A stretch of 64,000 nucleotides of DNA from positions 222,423-286,422 of the forward strand of contig BOYQ01000003.1 of the NCBI GenBank assembly GCA_019651595.1, written 5' to 3'. Every line of letters begins with the position of its first letter. The stretch's first letter is position 1. The notes under the pieces are model-generated. The model did not search any database. It worked only from the letters and a program-made list of their open reading frames with translations, and had not been told where the DNA came from. Source of the stretch: Candidatus Poseidoniales archaeon (lineage in GTDB: Archaea > Thermoplasmatota > Poseidoniia > Poseidoniales > Poseidoniaceae). This document shows, piece by piece, positions 1 to 9,952 of this stretch. The position numbers were made by a program, and so were the translations under genes.

Positions 1-2
1 GA

Positions 3-113
3 TTTTTGGGAACCGCTCTCGACGACAGGAACCAATACGGCCCCGTGGCCATGATGGTGCTGTTGCTCATCGTGGCCGCCATCACCGGCACGGTGATTCG
101 TATCCTCGGCTGA
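3..113 (+). CDS. 3' end of an upstream CDS; hydrophobic C-terminus (…GPVAMMVLLLIVAAITGTVIRILG*)
   Basis: Reading frame is open from the window edge to the TGA at 111-113. The tail is membrane-helix-like. No family recognised. Confidence 0.2.
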   Translation, partial: FLGTALDDRNQYGPVAMMVLLLIVAAITGTVIRILG

Positions 114-559
114 AGCGGACCTTTTGGCCCCGACCGAGGGGAAACATCAAACACCCGTGAGTCGGTTCATCCCCCATGAGTAAAGGGTTCGGTGAACGTC
201 GAGCAGGACCTCTCACAGGACAAGCGCTGGACCATCATGGCTGCGCTGCTCGGAACCAACACGGCGTTGCTGTTGTTTCAGGGAATCGAACAAGCAAAGC
301 AACGGACAACGTCCGAGAAATTGCCCTGCCATCATCGCTGCGGCTCTTCCGTTTCAAGCGATTTACTTCCTCATCTACACCTTTCTGCTCGAGCATGAGC
401 AGCGATTGCCCCTGAACGGATCAAAAACTCGATTTGGCCTCGGCGTTGTGCCAGGTGATCCCCTTGCGTCGTTGGGCGGCGTGGCGCTGGGGGTAAACAC
501 CTCCTCGGGGGTTGGCTGTCTTTCGGCTTCTCCGTGTTCGCCATTTGTTGATTAAACGT

Positions 560-1262
560 GATGGCTCCGGTAAAAAGAGCCAGCAGTGATGGAGCGGACG
601 GGAAAAAACGCCTCCTCATGAACCAGTGGGAAGGTTGATGAATCGAGCCGCATACCTCGAAGCATGGCCTTTTGCCCACTTGATTGGTACGGCTGTGAAG
701 ATTTCAAACGCATCTGGTCGAACGGGCGACACGAGCGCCATTTGGGAAAGTTGAGCGGGCTTTGATTTGGGCCCACTGGCAATTTGGGCGGGTCCCCGAA
801 GACGATTACAACGCCGTCGCCGCCATCGCCAACCCCGAGTCCGTCCCAAGGAACGTCAGCGAAATTGAAAGGGGAAAACCGGCCCGATATCATGGCCTCC
901 CCAGGCCATCCCGAGCTGGAGGGGCCCGGGTTTGGGGCATCCCGGGGCAACGTCCAACGACATCTCGACACGGCCGTGGGTTTCCCACTCAGGCACATCG
1001 TTCTGTTGCGCCAACAGTTTGCCATCTCACCGGGTTTTGTGCCGATGTCGCCGAGCGAGGGGGGAACCGTCATCTGGGTCGAACCCAGGGTCGGGCCCGC
1101 CTAATCACCTTTGGTCTAAAAGCGGCGGTTGGCTGGATGAACTTCGCCGTCAACTGATTCCCTCGACGAGGCCGCTCCTCGTGTCGCTGTCGGTAAATTC
1201 CTCCGCCGTTTGGGACGGGTGCAGCGCAGGGCGAACACGCTCGGGAACTTCAGCGTCTCATT
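560..1262 (+). pseudogene. purB: N-terminal part of adenylosuccinate lyase, broken by several frameshifts (low-quality sequence patch)
   Basis: The C-terminal ORF beginning at 1263 is unambiguous PurB. Upstream frames carry PurB-like fragments but are interrupted. The region is rich in G/C homopolymer runs. The start coordinate is approximate. Confidence 0.4.
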
Positions 1263-1916
1263 TTGACCCACCTCGGCTTGGGTGTACCTCTGGCCACCAC
1301 CCAGGTGGTTGGACGGGACCGGTACGTGGAGTACATGTCCTGGTTGGCAAACATTGCGACATCGTGCGAAAAGATCCTTCAGGAAATTCGAAACCTCCAA
1401 CGGTCAGAACTGGCCGAAGCCGGAGAAGGCTTTGACGTGAAGAAGCAGGTGGGATCGTCCACCATGGCGCACAAGAAAAACCCCATTAAGTCTGAAAACG
1501 CCTCCGGCCTTGCCCGCATCGTTCGTTCGTTCATCATTCCAACGTACGAGAATGCGTTGCTGTGGCACGAGCGCGACCTGGCCAACTCCAGCAGCGAGCG
1601 CTTCACCTTGTCCCACGCGCCAACGCTCGCCGAGGACGTGATGGCAAAAACCGCCGATGTTCTGACCAACATGTGGGTGGACAAGGACCGCTGCCTGGCG
1701 AACATTCACTCGCAAAAGGGTCTCGTGATGGCCGAGAAGGTGATGATCGAGCTGGTCGACCACGGCGTCCCACGGGACGAAGCCCACGAGGTCTTGAGGG
1801 AGGCCTCGTTCACCGCCTTGGCAAACGATGAGGAACTCATCGATGTCTGCAGTCGCACACCGGCCATTTCTGCAGCTTTTCCGCCGAGGAACTCGAAGCG
1901 ATGTTTGACCCGATGA
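1263..1916 (+). CDS. purB: adenylosuccinate lyase, C-terminal two-thirds (fumarate-lyase family)
   Basis: Fumarate-lyase signature GSSTMAHKKNP. Aligns with PurB: …QVVGRDRY…EIRNLQRSE…LWHERDLANSSSERF…. Confidence 0.85.
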   Translation: MTHLGLGVPLATTQVVGRDRYVEYMSWLANIATSCEKILQEIRNLQRSELAEAGEGFDVKKQVGSSTMAHKKNPIKSENASGLARIVRSFIIPTYENALLWHERDLANSSSERFTLSHAPTLAEDVMAKTADVLTNMWVDKDRCLANIHSQKGLVMAEKVMIELVDHGVPRDEAHEVLREASFTALANDEELIDVCSRTPAISAAFPPRNSKRCLTR

Positions 1917-1977
1917 ATCACGTCGGTGTCGCTGGTGAAATCGTCGACGAGTGCGTGGCACTGGCGCGAGAAGCCGT

Positions 1978-2657
1978 TCAATGAACGGCGTAATGCCCCC
2001 GAACACCGTCCCAGTGGGTGGTTCCTTTGACCTCCAGTCTGCCGTTCATGTGAGGTCCGCCCACGACAAGCGTTTCGTATTCGCCGCCTTCACCTTCCAC
2101 GTGAAATCGGTGCTTCGCAGCAAGTTGAGCCAGTTCCTCGAAGGTCTCGGGTGTTAGGATGCGGCCCAACCATGCATCGGTCAGCCCCTCGGCTGAGACG
2201 CCGGTGATCATGATTTCAAAGCCCTGCTCAACCATGCCTTTGACGTGGTCGTGGCCGGACTGGTGCCACAACGGTGTCCAACTGACCACGCCCAAGCGTT
2301 CCGCCATCCGCTCCAGCCTGGCTTTTTGTAGTCTGACCGAAGGGCGCCGGACACAAAGCCGTCAATGTTGAGTTGGCTCAGTGCTTGTTCCAGGACCTCA
2401 ATGTCTTGGGGCACTTCTCCGCTCGTGTTGACGTTCACCCATGGGACGCCTGCGAGGGCTGCTTGCCGCTCAACCACGTGCGTGCTGGGGACCTGAAACA
2501 TCGGTGAATCTTCTCCCGTGATGGTCACGGTGACCAGGGCTTCAACCGTCCAGCCTCTGCACATCGCCCACCAAGCCGCAGCAGAATCCTTCCACCGGAG
2601 GAAAGCACGGCGACTCGCATGGGTGGAGGACGGCTTCCCCTTGATGAGGGTGTTCAC
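1978..2657 (-). CDS. PP-loop ATPase of the MJ0570 / diphthine-ammonia ligase (Dph6) family; one or two frameshifts
   Basis: The N-terminal ORF (2208-2657) contains …SGGKDS-like… and VPWVNVNTSGE. The C-terminal ORF (1978-2307) contains FHVEGEGGEYETLV. The two frames join near 2280. Confidence 0.6.
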
Positions 2658-2767
2658 CTCGCAGGGTTGATACGGGACGGCGTTGAGGGAATTTTACCTC
2701 GGCGACCTTCATACCGTTCAACCCGCATCCTCATAAAGTGTCAACCGAGCCAGCAAAACGAGGTCAT

Positions 2768-3493
2768 CACATGCAGCCCAGTGGAAGAGGATACGATCAC
2801 GGTATCACGACGTTTAGCCCCGATGGACGACTGTTTCAGGTTGAGTACGCCCGTGAATCGGTGAAGCGTGGAACAACCACCGCTGCGCTGAAGTTCAAAG
2901 ACGGCGTGGTGTTGGTCTGCGACAAGCGCATCATCAGCCGCCTCATCATCCCCGAATCCATTGAGAAGATGTTCAAGATCGACGGTCACGTCGGCATTGC
3001 AACGTCCGGCTTGGTGGCGGATGCCCGCCAACTGGTGGCCCGAGCACGCGTTGAAGCTCAAATCAACCGCATCACCTACGGAGCAACGGTCCCCGTTGAC
3101 GTGCTCGTCAAGAAAATCTGCGACTTCAAGCAATCCTTCACCCAGTACGGCGGCTCCCGTCCCTTCGGCACCGCCCTGCTCATCGGTGGCGTTGACGACA
3201 ACGGCATCCATCTTTACGAAACCGACCCGTCAGGCGCCTACCAGTCCTACCATGCAGGCGCCATTGGGAGCGGTCGCAACACCGTCATCGAATTCTTCGA
3301 GGACAACTGGAAGGAGAACATGACCCTCAACGCTGCCATGAAACTCGGGCTCGAAGCCCTTCGCTCCGCCAACGACGCCGAGCTCAACCGTGAAGCCGTT
3401 GAAGTTACCGTGGTGGACTCCAACGGCTACCGCGTGTTGGACCGTGGCGAAGTCAACAAGCAAATCGACCGCCTGAAGCCCCTCGAAGATTGA
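2768..3493 (+). CDS. psmA: proteasome alpha subunit
   Basis: YDHGITTFSPDGRLFQVEYA N-terminus and GxxxGSG motif. First gene of the exosome/proteasome superoperon. Confidence 0.92.
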   Translation, partial: HMQPSGRGYDHGITTFSPDGRLFQVEYARESVKRGTTTAALKFKDGVVLVCDKRIISRLIIPESIEKMFKIDGHVGIATSGLVADARQLVARARVEAQINRITYGATVPVDVLVKKICDFKQSFTQYGGSRPFGTALLIGGVDDNGIHLYETDPSGAYQSYHAGAIGSGRNTVIEFFEDNWKENMTLNAAMKLGLEALRSANDAELNREAVEVTVVDSNGYRVLDRGEVNKQIDRLKPLED

Positions 3494-3520
3494 GGGGTAG
3501 GTTGAAGCGTCGCTCCAATC

Positions 3521-4234
3521 TTGGACCGGATAAGTGGTCCCATGGTCAGTCTAGATGATGCCGTGCTTGCTCGCCTTGAAAAGGGAGGAAAGCGGTACGA
3601 GGTTCTCGTTGACCCCATGCTCGTCGACGTCTTCAAGGAGGATCCCGGGAGCGTTGACATCAACGATTTCCTGGCCATGGACGAAGTGTTTCACGATGCG
3701 CGCGGTGGCGAGCGCCCCACGGAAGAGGCGATCGACAAGGTGTTTGGGACCCAAGACATCGTGGCCATCACGACGATGATCCTTGAGAAAGGTTCCATCC
3801 AACTGACCACGGCCCAACGAAAGCAGATGGTCGAAAACATGCGTCAGCAAATCATCCACCGCATCCACACGGCGGCCGTTGATCCCAAAACCAAATCACC
3901 TCACCCCAAAACTCGAATTGAGTTGGCGCTCGAAGAATCACGCTACTCCGTGGACCCTTTCAAACGGCTTGAGGAACAGGTAAAGGACGCCATATCGAAA
4001 TTGAAACCCCTCATTCCACTGTCGTTTGAAACCGTGCGGCTTGCGTTCAAAGTACCGGGTTCTGCCTATGGTTCAGTGTCCCAACTTCTCCGTTCCCGTC
4101 AGCAAAAAGAGGGTTGGCTTGAGGACGGCTCTTGGGCGTGTGTCATCGAATGCCCGGCTGGGATGAAGGGCGAAATCATCGGTCAGGTGATGCGGAGAAG
4201 TTCCGAGGCTGAAGTCAAGGAACTTGGTTCTTGA
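3521..4234 (+). CDS. sdo1: ribosome maturation protein SDO1 / SBDS family
   Basis: GKRYEVLVDP N-terminal motif. The conserved position after psmA in the archaeal exosome superoperon. Confidence 0.85.
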   Translation: MDRISGPMVSLDDAVLARLEKGGKRYEVLVDPMLVDVFKEDPGSVDINDFLAMDEVFHDARGGERPTEEAIDKVFGTQDIVAITTMILEKGSIQLTTAQRKQMVENMRQQIIHRIHTAAVDPKTKSPHPKTRIELALEESRYSVDPFKRLEEQVKDAISKLKPLIPLSFETVRLAFKVPGSAYGSVSQLLRSRQQKEGWLEDGSWACVIECPAGMKGEIIGQVMRRSSEAEVKELGS

Positions 4235-4297
4235 ATGCCGTGGCCTTAGGGTGGCCTTTATCATGGGTCGGCGAGTGGCCGGGTCGGAGAGAAAAGA

Positions 4298-4987
4298 ATG
4301 TCCCAAGGTCAAGTCGGCGCCGAGCAGCGCCTTGTGACCCCGGGAATGGCCGTTGGGCCATCCGCCGGGAAGCGAGCAGGCAGCGGAATCATCGCTGCCG
4401 AAGAATCCTTTGTAGCCACACAACTTGGATGGCTGCGTGAACGAAACAACACGGTTTCGGTTGACCCCATCAACGCTGCCTACATGCCCCGCTCCGGCGA
4501 CCTCGTCGTCGGCGTTGTGGCCGAGGTGCGAAACAATTTGTGGTTCATGGACATCAACGGTTCGTTCCAGGGCTTGCTTCCCATGTCCCTCGCTCCGTGG
4601 AAGGTCGAATTCGGAGCAGCACGTCAACACATGGACGTCGGCGACGTCGTCCTGGCTCGTGTTCAGGAAGTCGACGAGTGCCACAACGTGGTCTTGACCA
4701 TGAAGGGCGTCGGCCTCCGTCGCCTCAATCAAGGTGCTGTTGAAGAAATTCCCGTTCAGCACATCGACCGAGTTCGAGGCGACAACAACGCCCTCCTTCA
4801 GCGGATGCGGGATGCTTCAGATTGCCGCATCATGGTCGGCGAAAACGGTCGAGCCTGGATTGACGGTTCGTCCGAAGGCATCGCATGGGCACGAAAGGCG
4901 CTCCAGCGACTTGTCAGCGAAGGTCATACGACGGCCTTCGAAACGATTCTCAACGAAATGGAAAACAAAACGAAAGGTGATGCATGA
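4298..4987 (+). CDS. rrp4: exosome complex RNA-binding subunit Rrp4 (S1 + KH)
   Basis: S1-like core GDLVVGVV…W.MDI. Position immediately before rrp41/rrp42. Confidence 0.85.
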   Translation: MSQGQVGAEQRLVTPGMAVGPSAGKRAGSGIIAAEESFVATQLGWLRERNNTVSVDPINAAYMPRSGDLVVGVVAEVRNNLWFMDINGSFQGLLPMSLAPWKVEFGAARQHMDVGDVVLARVQEVDECHNVVLTMKGVGLRRLNQGAVEEIPVQHIDRVRGDNNALLQRMRDASDCRIMVGENGRAWIDGSSEGIAWARKALQRLVSEGHTTAFETILNEMENKTKGDA

Positions 4988-5715
4988 TGGGTGGATATGG
5001 AGATGTACAATTGCTGAACGACGACGGCAGTCGTCTTGACGGACGGAAAGTTGACGAAATGCGTGAGGTGACCATCGAAGCCGGTGTGTTGCCTGCTGCT
5101 GACGGCTCCGCCATGGTCACCCACGGGCTCAACGTGGCCGTCGCTGCGGTGTACGGTCCCATGGAGGCCCACCCCCGGAAAATCCAACGACAAGACCGAG
5201 CCGTCATCGACGTGCGCTACAACATGGCACCGTTCTCGACCTCGGACCGCATTCGCCCTGGATTTAATCGCCGCTCTCGTGAGATTTCCAAGGTCACGGC
5301 CGAAGCGCTCGAATCCGTTGTTTTGGTCGAACGCTATCCTCGCTCGAAAATTCGCGTTGAAATTGAAATCCTTGCGGCTGAAGCAGGCACCCGTTGCGCC
5401 GGCATCACCGCCGCTTCCGTCGCCTTGGCCGATGCCGGTATTCCCATGCGGGACATGCTGGTTGGCGTCGCATCCGGCAAGATCGAAGACACCGTTGTCC
5501 TCGACCTTGACAAGGCAGAGGACAATTACGGACAAGCTGACCTTCCTGTCGGCATTTTGCCCAACACGGGTGAAATCGCTTTCCTGCAAATGGACGGCGA
5601 CCTCTCGCCAGCAGAATACGAACTCGCCATGGAATACAACTTCAAGGCCGCCAAGGAAATCCACGAAATCATGGTGGATGCCCTGCAACGCCGCTACGAC
5701 GGAGGTGAGGCCTGA
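4984..5715 (+). CDS. rrp41: exosome complex exonuclease Rrp41 (RNase PH-like, catalytic)
   Basis: RNase PH fold motifs: DGR…DE.R…, …ADGSA…, TRCAGITAASVALADAGIPM. Overlapping stop/start with its neighbours. Confidence 0.9.
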   Translation: MMGGYGDVQLLNDDGSRLDGRKVDEMREVTIEAGVLPAADGSAMVTHGLNVAVAAVYGPMEAHPRKIQRQDRAVIDVRYNMAPFSTSDRIRPGFNRRSREISKVTAEALESVVLVERYPRSKIRVEIEILAAEAGTRCAGITAASVALADAGIPMRDMLVGVASGKIEDTVVLDLDKAEDNYGQADLPVGILPNTGEIAFLQMDGDLSPAEYELAMEYNFKAAKEIHEIMVDALQRRYDGGEA

Positions 5716-6500
5716 TGGTCGAACTCGTCCCGTCCCTGTTGCGACAAGAACTCGCTCGGCTCGCTGAAGAAAGCCAACGCATCGACGGCCGTGGTCAGTG
5801 GGACACCCGGGAGGTTTCGCTTGAAACCAACTGCCTGTACAACGCCGAGGGCTCGGCCAAAGTCGTGATGGGCGGTACCGTCGTTTATGCCGGTGTAAAA
5901 TTCGAACTTCGCACCCCGTGGCCCGACCGCCCAACCCAAGGTTCGCTCATGTGCGGTGCTGAACTTCGCCCCGTCGCTGGCCGGAAATACGAACCCGGCC
6001 CCCCTTCGCCCGAATCCATTGAGTTGGGTCGAGTGGTTGACCGTGGTATCCGAGAGTCCGGCTGCATCGACATGGAGAGCCTCTGCATCGTTCCTGGCGA
6101 GAAAGTCTGGGGCGTCATGATTGACATTCACGTTATGTCCGACCAAGGCAACATCTTCGACGCCTGCGGCTTGGCAGCCATCGCTGCGCTTCGCACTGCG
6201 GTGGTCCCGGCTGAGCGCTTTGACGTCGGTGAAGACCACACCTTGCAGGTGAACGGCACGCCGATCATGGCCTCGTTTACCCGTGTTGGCGGTCGATTTG
6301 TTCTGGATGCCAACGACCAAGAGGAACTGGGTGGCGACGAACGCATCCACATCACCTTGGGCGATGAGGGGCACCTCCACTCGCTACAGAAGGGGCTAAA
6401 AGGGGTGTTCACTCCCGCCGAGTTTGCCGAGATCTTTGATGTGGCACAACAACGATGCGTGGAACTTCGAGAACTCGTGGCAAGCAAGGAGGGGAACTGA
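5715..6500 (+). CDS. rrp42: exosome complex subunit Rrp42 (RNase PH-like, non-catalytic)
   Basis: RNase PH-like: RIDGRGQWDTREV…NAEGSA…ACGLAAIAAL. Follows rrp41 directly. Confidence 0.9.
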   Translation: MVELVPSLLRQELARLAEESQRIDGRGQWDTREVSLETNCLYNAEGSAKVVMGGTVVYAGVKFELRTPWPDRPTQGSLMCGAELRPVAGRKYEPGPPSPESIELGRVVDRGIRESGCIDMESLCIVPGEKVWGVMIDIHVMSDQGNIFDACGLAAIAALRTAVVPAERFDVGEDHTLQVNGTPIMASFTRVGGRFVLDANDQEELGGDERIHITLGDEGHLHSLQKGLKGVFTPAEFAEIFDVAQQRCVELRELVASKEGN

Positions 6501-6863
6501 TTGGCAAAGCGAACACAAAAAGCCGGCGCAACCGCACGATTTGGTGCACGATACGGTGTGTCCGTCCGTCGAAATGCTGGCTCGGCTATGGCTAAGCGAT
6601 CCCGCAAGTACACGTGCCCCGTTTGCCAGTACCAAAAGGTCGAACGGCAATCCGTCGGCATTTGGTGCTGCAAGAAGTGCGGCCACACCTTCGCCGGTGG
6701 AGCTTGGGAACCGTTTACCCGTGCTTCCGACGCCAACAACCGTATTCTCCGCCGCTCTGTTGACGGTGCGACGACCGCTGACATGGCCTTCATTGCACAA
6801 GAAGCCGCCATGAACTACGAGCGGGAACTGGCCAACCGGCCCAGTTTGGAAGAAGAAGAGTGA
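6501..6863 (+). CDS. rpl37ae: 50S ribosomal protein L37ae (eL43), with an acidic C-terminal extension
   Basis: MAKRTQKAGATARFGARYG…YTCPVCQ…VGIWCCKKCGHTFAGGAW zinc ribbon. About 30 extra C-terminal residues ending EEEE. Confidence 0.9.
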   Translation: MAKRTQKAGATARFGARYGVSVRRNAGSAMAKRSRKYTCPVCQYQKVERQSVGIWCCKKCGHTFAGGAWEPFTRASDANNRILRRSVDGATTADMAFIAQEAAMNYERELANRPSLEEEE

Positions 6864-6873
6864 GCACACTCCG

Positions 6874-7107
6874 GTGGTGCCCATGTGGGATTTGACGCTT
6901 CAAGTGCGGTCCCGGACGGCCACGGACACCAAAGCACTCGCAGCGTGCCTCGCTACCGATTGCGAAACGACGTGGCTCGATGACGACTCGTTCACCATTG
7001 AGCTTCAAGAAGCGGCTTGCAAAGACCTCCGCGCCATGTGGAACACGAGGCTTCGAGGTCTCATTGCGACCGACTCGGTCCTCCAGGTGTTCGGAAAGCA
7101 TTCTTGA
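6874..7107 (+). CDS. pcc1: KEOPS complex subunit Pcc1-like
   Basis: 77 aa. The C-terminal …DLRAMWNTRLRGL… resembles the Pcc1 ALRxxxNSYLRW helix. This is the Pcc1-like slot of the exosome superoperon. Confidence 0.55.
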   Translation: MVPMWDLTLQVRSRTATDTKALAACLATDCETTWLDDDSFTIELQEAACKDLRAMWNTRLRGLIATDSVLQVFGKHS

Positions 7108-7139
7108 ACCCCGGTCCATGTGGCATCACCGGTGAGCCC

Positions 7140-7457
7140 ATGGCCCAAATTGACCAACTCCAACTCGTCGTCGCTGAGGTCCAAGCCGCTCGTCAACAGG
7201 TGAGCAGCGTTCGTGCACAGGTTCAGGAACTTGAAGGCACCATCGTCGCGGTTGAATCGCAACCTGAAGACATGGCCCTGCACCGGCAGATGGGAGGCGT
7301 TCTCATCGAGGTTGCCGACCGAGCCGCTTTGCTGGCCGATCTGAATGAAACCCTGGCGTCCCTCAAGGTCCATTTGGAACGGTTTTCGGAACGAGAAAAG
7401 CAGTTGATTCAAACCTACGACGAACTCAAACAATCCCTGCAGGGTGCTCAAGAATGA
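7140..7457 (+). CDS. pfdB: prefoldin beta subunit
   Basis: A coiled-coil protein of about 106 aa: MAQIDQLQLVVAEVQAARQQ…. The long ORF 7017-7457 is trimmed to this internal Met. Confidence 0.8.
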   Translation: MAQIDQLQLVVAEVQAARQQVSSVRAQVQELEGTIVAVESQPEDMALHRQMGGVLIEVADRAALLADLNETLASLKVHLERFSEREKQLIQTYDELKQSLQGAQE

Positions 7458-8464
7458 GGGACCCAGATGTCGGGGAAACGGAGGAACTCCTCCAACTCCA
7501 CGCCTGGTTGGAAGAGCGAACATCCCTCGGACCGGTTGCGGTCGTGTCGGGGAAAAACGGTGACATGGACACCGTAGGTTCGGCCATTGCTTTGGCCGCA
7601 ACGCATCCCAACATGATGGCATGCGGGGTTCACGTCGGGCGAACTGCTCAACGCTATGTGGAGCGGCATCAGGCTCCTTTTCGAACGCTGAACGCCGGTG
7701 TTCCAGCGTGGCCTAAACGCCTTGCTGGTATCGTCGTGGTGGATGCTGCGGCGCCGGACCAGACCGGCTTGTCCCTCCCCGATGTTCCACTTTGCATCGT
7801 TGACCATCACGCCACGGATTCGTGGAACCTCGGCGATGGAGACCTTTGCTTGAAGTGGGACGTCCGGTCAACCACCGAGGTGGTTTCGATGTACCTTGAA
7901 CACCATGTTCCAACGGCGATGACGCCGCCTGTTTGTGAATTTCTTCTCGCCGGCTTGGTCACCGACACCGGTCGTTTTCGTCACGCCGACAGTCGTGCCT
8001 TTCGGACGGCTGCTCGCCTGATCGACCGTGGAAACGTTGACTATCAAGCCTTCATTCAAGCAATGGAAGACGCCCCAACTTCACCAAGCGACCGTGGAGC
8101 CATCCTGCGCGGACTGCAACGCGCCGAAACCACGGAGGCCGGGCCATGGACCGTCCTGCGGACCACCTCCGGCACGCTGGAAGGTCGGGTGGCAACCCTG
8201 CTCAACGGTCTTGGTGCGGACGCCGTGGTGGTGACTCGCGCTCGAGACGGCACCACCCGCCTCACGGTGAGAGCCCCACGTTCGAGCGTCCTCGCCGGCC
8301 TTCACATGGGTGAAATCATGGAGGAGGTTGCACGGTCCCTCGGTGGTGAGGGTGGCGGTCATGATGGGGCCGCTGGGTGGTCGGGCGATGCCCATCCGGT
8401 CGCTGCTGAAACAGCCTTTATTGATGCCGTGGCTCGCGTCCCAAGAAACGAGGTGAAACCATGA
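7454..8464 (+). CDS. DHH-DHHA1 phosphoesterase (NrnA-like nanoRNase / pAp phosphatase family)
   Basis: DHH motif region (…CIVDHHATD…). DHHA1 GGGH motif (GGEGGGHDGAAGWSG). Start overlaps the pfdB stop. Confidence 0.75.
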   Translation: MRDPDVGETEELLQLHAWLEERTSLGPVAVVSGKNGDMDTVGSAIALAATHPNMMACGVHVGRTAQRYVERHQAPFRTLNAGVPAWPKRLAGIVVVDAAAPDQTGLSLPDVPLCIVDHHATDSWNLGDGDLCLKWDVRSTTEVVSMYLEHHVPTAMTPPVCEFLLAGLVTDTGRFRHADSRAFRTAARLIDRGNVDYQAFIQAMEDAPTSPSDRGAILRGLQRAETTEAGPWTVLRTTSGTLEGRVATLLNGLGADAVVVTRARDGTTRLTVRAPRSSVLAGLHMGEIMEEVARSLGGEGGGHDGAAGWSGDAHPVAAETAFIDAVARVPRNEVKP

Positions 8465-9531
8465 CCGTCATCGAACCGCCCAAGGGTCCGGGGAGCTTTG
8501 TTTCACGGTGGCGGACCGAAGGTCCTGTGGACAGTGATATCCTGGCCATGTGGAAAGAGGAACTGGACTGGCCTTCGTGGTTGTCGTTGGCGGAAGCTGC
8601 TCTGTTCATGGATGCACCCGAACTTTTGGACGCCATGGCGTCGCACCTCACGGCGGGTGAAGAAGCCGTCCTGGGGCTGATTCGGCGCCGATGGCTGGGC
8701 GACACCCATCTTGGTGAAGCGATTGAAAACGCTCTCACCGTGGTCAGGACGCCGGAAACCCGTGATTTGGCCCTCGAAGGGCGTCTGCGCATGGAGCGAG
8801 GCTTGGTTCGTTTTGAGGAGGGTGACGTTGAAGGCGCCGAAGAGGACCTCACGTGGGCCGAAACCCGCCTGAAATCCGTCGCCAAGGCCAGCAGAGACCA
8901 CGACCTTTCCCTGTTGAACAAAGCGGCCTTCCACATGGCGCAAGGTGAGGCTCTGATGGCGCTTCAGGTGTACGGAGATATTTCCAGAAAAGCCGGACAC
9001 GCCCACGAAACCATCGCTATTTCCAGGCTCGGTGCAAGTCGGATTCGCAACGCTTTGGGCCATGTGTTTGATGCTGCACGCCACGCTTGGAACGCTCACA
9101 AACACGCCATGTTGGCCGTCCAACATCAAATGGCCATCGAAGCCGGTTCCCTTTTCCTCGACATCGCCAGTGGCCATCAGTCCGAGGATGCAAAACCGAT
9201 GCACGTTCAGGTTGAAGAAGCGAAACCGCTGGATTTGGAACAAGACCCACCGGTTCTTACCGTCCACCCTGACGACATCAACGGGGTGTTCGACTGGTGT
9301 GTTGATCATCTGGAGCCCGGATGGGGTGGCCTGGACCGGCCGGCAGTTCGAGCCATGTTGACTCACGCGCATCGCTTGGAAAAAATGAACCGATTCGACG
9401 GTCTCATGAACCAACCCTCGCTGGTCGAAGACCCCATGTTAGCGGCGGTGGCTCAGGCTTGCGCCACGACACCCGAAGACACGGAACGGTGGGGGAAACG
9501 GTTGGCGGAACTGACCATGCTCGGCGAATAA
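8461..9531 (+). CDS. hypothetical all-helical (TPR-like?) protein, last gene of the superoperon
   Basis: Long clean ORF with typical codon usage. ATGA start/stop overlap with the DHH gene. No family recognised. Confidence 0.5.
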   Translation: MTVIEPPKGPGSFVSRWRTEGPVDSDILAMWKEELDWPSWLSLAEAALFMDAPELLDAMASHLTAGEEAVLGLIRRRWLGDTHLGEAIENALTVVRTPETRDLALEGRLRMERGLVRFEEGDVEGAEEDLTWAETRLKSVAKASRDHDLSLLNKAAFHMAQGEALMALQVYGDISRKAGHAHETIAISRLGASRIRNALGHVFDAARHAWNAHKHAMLAVQHQMAIEAGSLFLDIASGHQSEDAKPMHVQVEEAKPLDLEQDPPVLTVHPDDINGVFDWCVDHLEPGWGGLDRPAVRAMLTHAHRLEKMNRFDGLMNQPSLVEDPMLAAVAQACATTPEDTERWGKRLAELTMLGE

Positions 9532-9546
9532 CGAGTGAGCTTCGAC

Positions 9547-9948
9547 TCAGGGCCTGGCGAAGATGGTGGCTAAGTCTTCAAATTCCTCAACGGTCCAAGC
9601 CTTCACCGGCGGAACTTCATCCCACCATTGGACGGCATGGACGCTGTCGTCCGATACGGTCCATGCCCGTCGGTCGTCGTCTGCGACCACCACGTGAGCC
9701 ACCCAACCCTCGGGATAGTAGGTTGTGTTCCAGCGAACGAGGTGGCCGCTGAGTCCCGTCTCTTCCTTCAGTTCGCGGTGCAGGGCTTGTTCGGGTGTCT
9801 CACCCGATTCGAGGTGACCTCCCGGGATTTCCCATCCACGTTTTGGATGTTCGACAAACAACACTTCACCGCCTTCTCCCATCATGGTACACGGCTGCCC
9901 CTCTCGCGTCACCCACGCCAGCACGAATCGAGGTTGTTCGTTCGTCAT
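9547..9948 (-). CDS. NUDIX hydrolase
   Basis: Nudix box GGHLESGETPEQALHRELKEETGL. Confidence 0.8.
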   Translation of the reverse strand: MTNEQPRFVLAWVTREGQPCTMMGEGGEVLFVEHPKRGWEIPGGHLESGETPEQALHRELKEETGLSGHLVRWNTTYYPEGWVAHVVVADDDRRAWTVSDDSVHAVQWWDEVPPVKAWTVEEFEDLATIFARP

Positions 9949-9952
9949 GTGC

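Noticed and set aside
176-545. Possible small membrane protein between the first CDS and purB (ORFs 176-415 and 192-398 plus a third frame with …AIIAAALPFQAIYFLIYTFLL…)
   Set aside because: Three frames each carry a plausible fragment, but the region lies in a low-quality patch. I cannot reconstruct a single reading frame or recognise a family. Too uncertain to list as a feature.
4924-5934. 336-aa minus-strand ORF over rrp41
   Set aside because: Antisense to a textbook RNase-PH exosome subunit. No motifs.
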